Shown: piece after piece, positions 53,162 through 53,352 of the stretch | Layout of the letters: each line of letters starts with the position of its first letter | Numbering within the stretch: the first letter of the stretch is position 1 | DNA from: a virus | Taxonomy: Duplodnaviria > Caudoviricetes | DNA: 53,352 nt | Direction: 5' to 3' (one strand) | IMG/VR virus record: IMGVR_UViG_3300024518_002533 | Coordinates: 1-53,352 of that record | Position numbers and translations under genes: made by a program | Notes under the pieces: generated by a model | Told to the model about the DNA's origin: nothing | The model's database searches: none | The model's input: the letters and a program-made list of their open reading frames with translations, nothing else

Positions 53162-53352
53162 TCATCCATCGCCAGAGCCAGAGCCATAGCCATAGCCATA
53201 GCCAGAGCCAGAGCCATAGCCATAGCCAGAGCCAGAGCCAGAGCCATCGCCAGAGCCATCGCCATAGCCATAGCCATAGCCAGAGCCAGAGCCAGAGCCA
53301 GAGCCATCGCCATCGCCAGAGCCAGAGCCAGATCCATCGCCATCGCCATAGC
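53162..53352 (-). CDS. Gly-rich (G-S/G-Y/G-D)n repeat protein, 3' part
   Basis: The GGC-TCT/TAT/GAT frame ends GGC GAT GGA TGA at 53162; joins 1-179 across the junction. Confidence 0.7.
   Translation of the reverse strand, partial: YGDGDGSGSGSGDGDGSGSGSGSGYGYGYGDGSGDGSGSGSGYGYGSGSGYGYGYGSGSGDG

Noticed and set aside
53155-53349. ORF-track protein MAMAMDLALALA...
   Set aside because: An alternative frame of the hexamer array; the Gly-X frame has a coupled start at 179 and fits the known DUF6948-adjacent pattern.
1-53352. Genome-wide stop-codon reassignment
   Set aside because: Core genes are intact under code 11 and end in TGA, TAG and TAA; only one suspicious in-frame TGA was found.

Overview
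This window looks like a complete, circularly opened ~53.2-kb tailed dsDNA phage genome (Caudoviricetes, probably a short-tailed siphovirus). Bases 1-125 are identical to 53208-53332, inside a hexamer repeat that crosses the junction. Almost all genes lie on the minus strand. Modules: RecT and ExoVIII-like recombination; a replication initiator with iterons and a helicase-loader-like gene; a four-gene glycosyltransferase/sulfotransferase cluster; a scrambled morphogenesis region (Mu-like portal, protease, gp36 and gpG-like proteins, lambda-E-like capsid, tail tube, short tape measure, frameshifted chaperone); a holin plus secreted-protein and astacin block; a tailspike; the large terminase; accessory genes; and an early region of repeated promoter cassettes facing an XRE repressor. 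I recognised no integrase, reverse transcriptase, DNA polymerase or classical endolysin. PEP-CTERM, FGE-sulfatase, prepilin-like and Cys/Gly-rich secreted proteins suggest a Planctomycetota-like host (inference). Most unusual observations: (1) two tRNA-framed RNAs with proper acceptor, D and T arms but large structured inserts in place of the anticodon arm (531-776 and 51540-51687); (2) a CAP-domain gene with an in-frame UGA in a CxxU motif followed by a bacterial-SECIS-like hairpin; (3) a perfect 37-bp inverted repeat around one gene; (4) a phage PEP-CTERM esterase; (5) an orphan DGR-type target bracketed by direct repeats. All family calls come from reading motifs by eye; no database searches were run.
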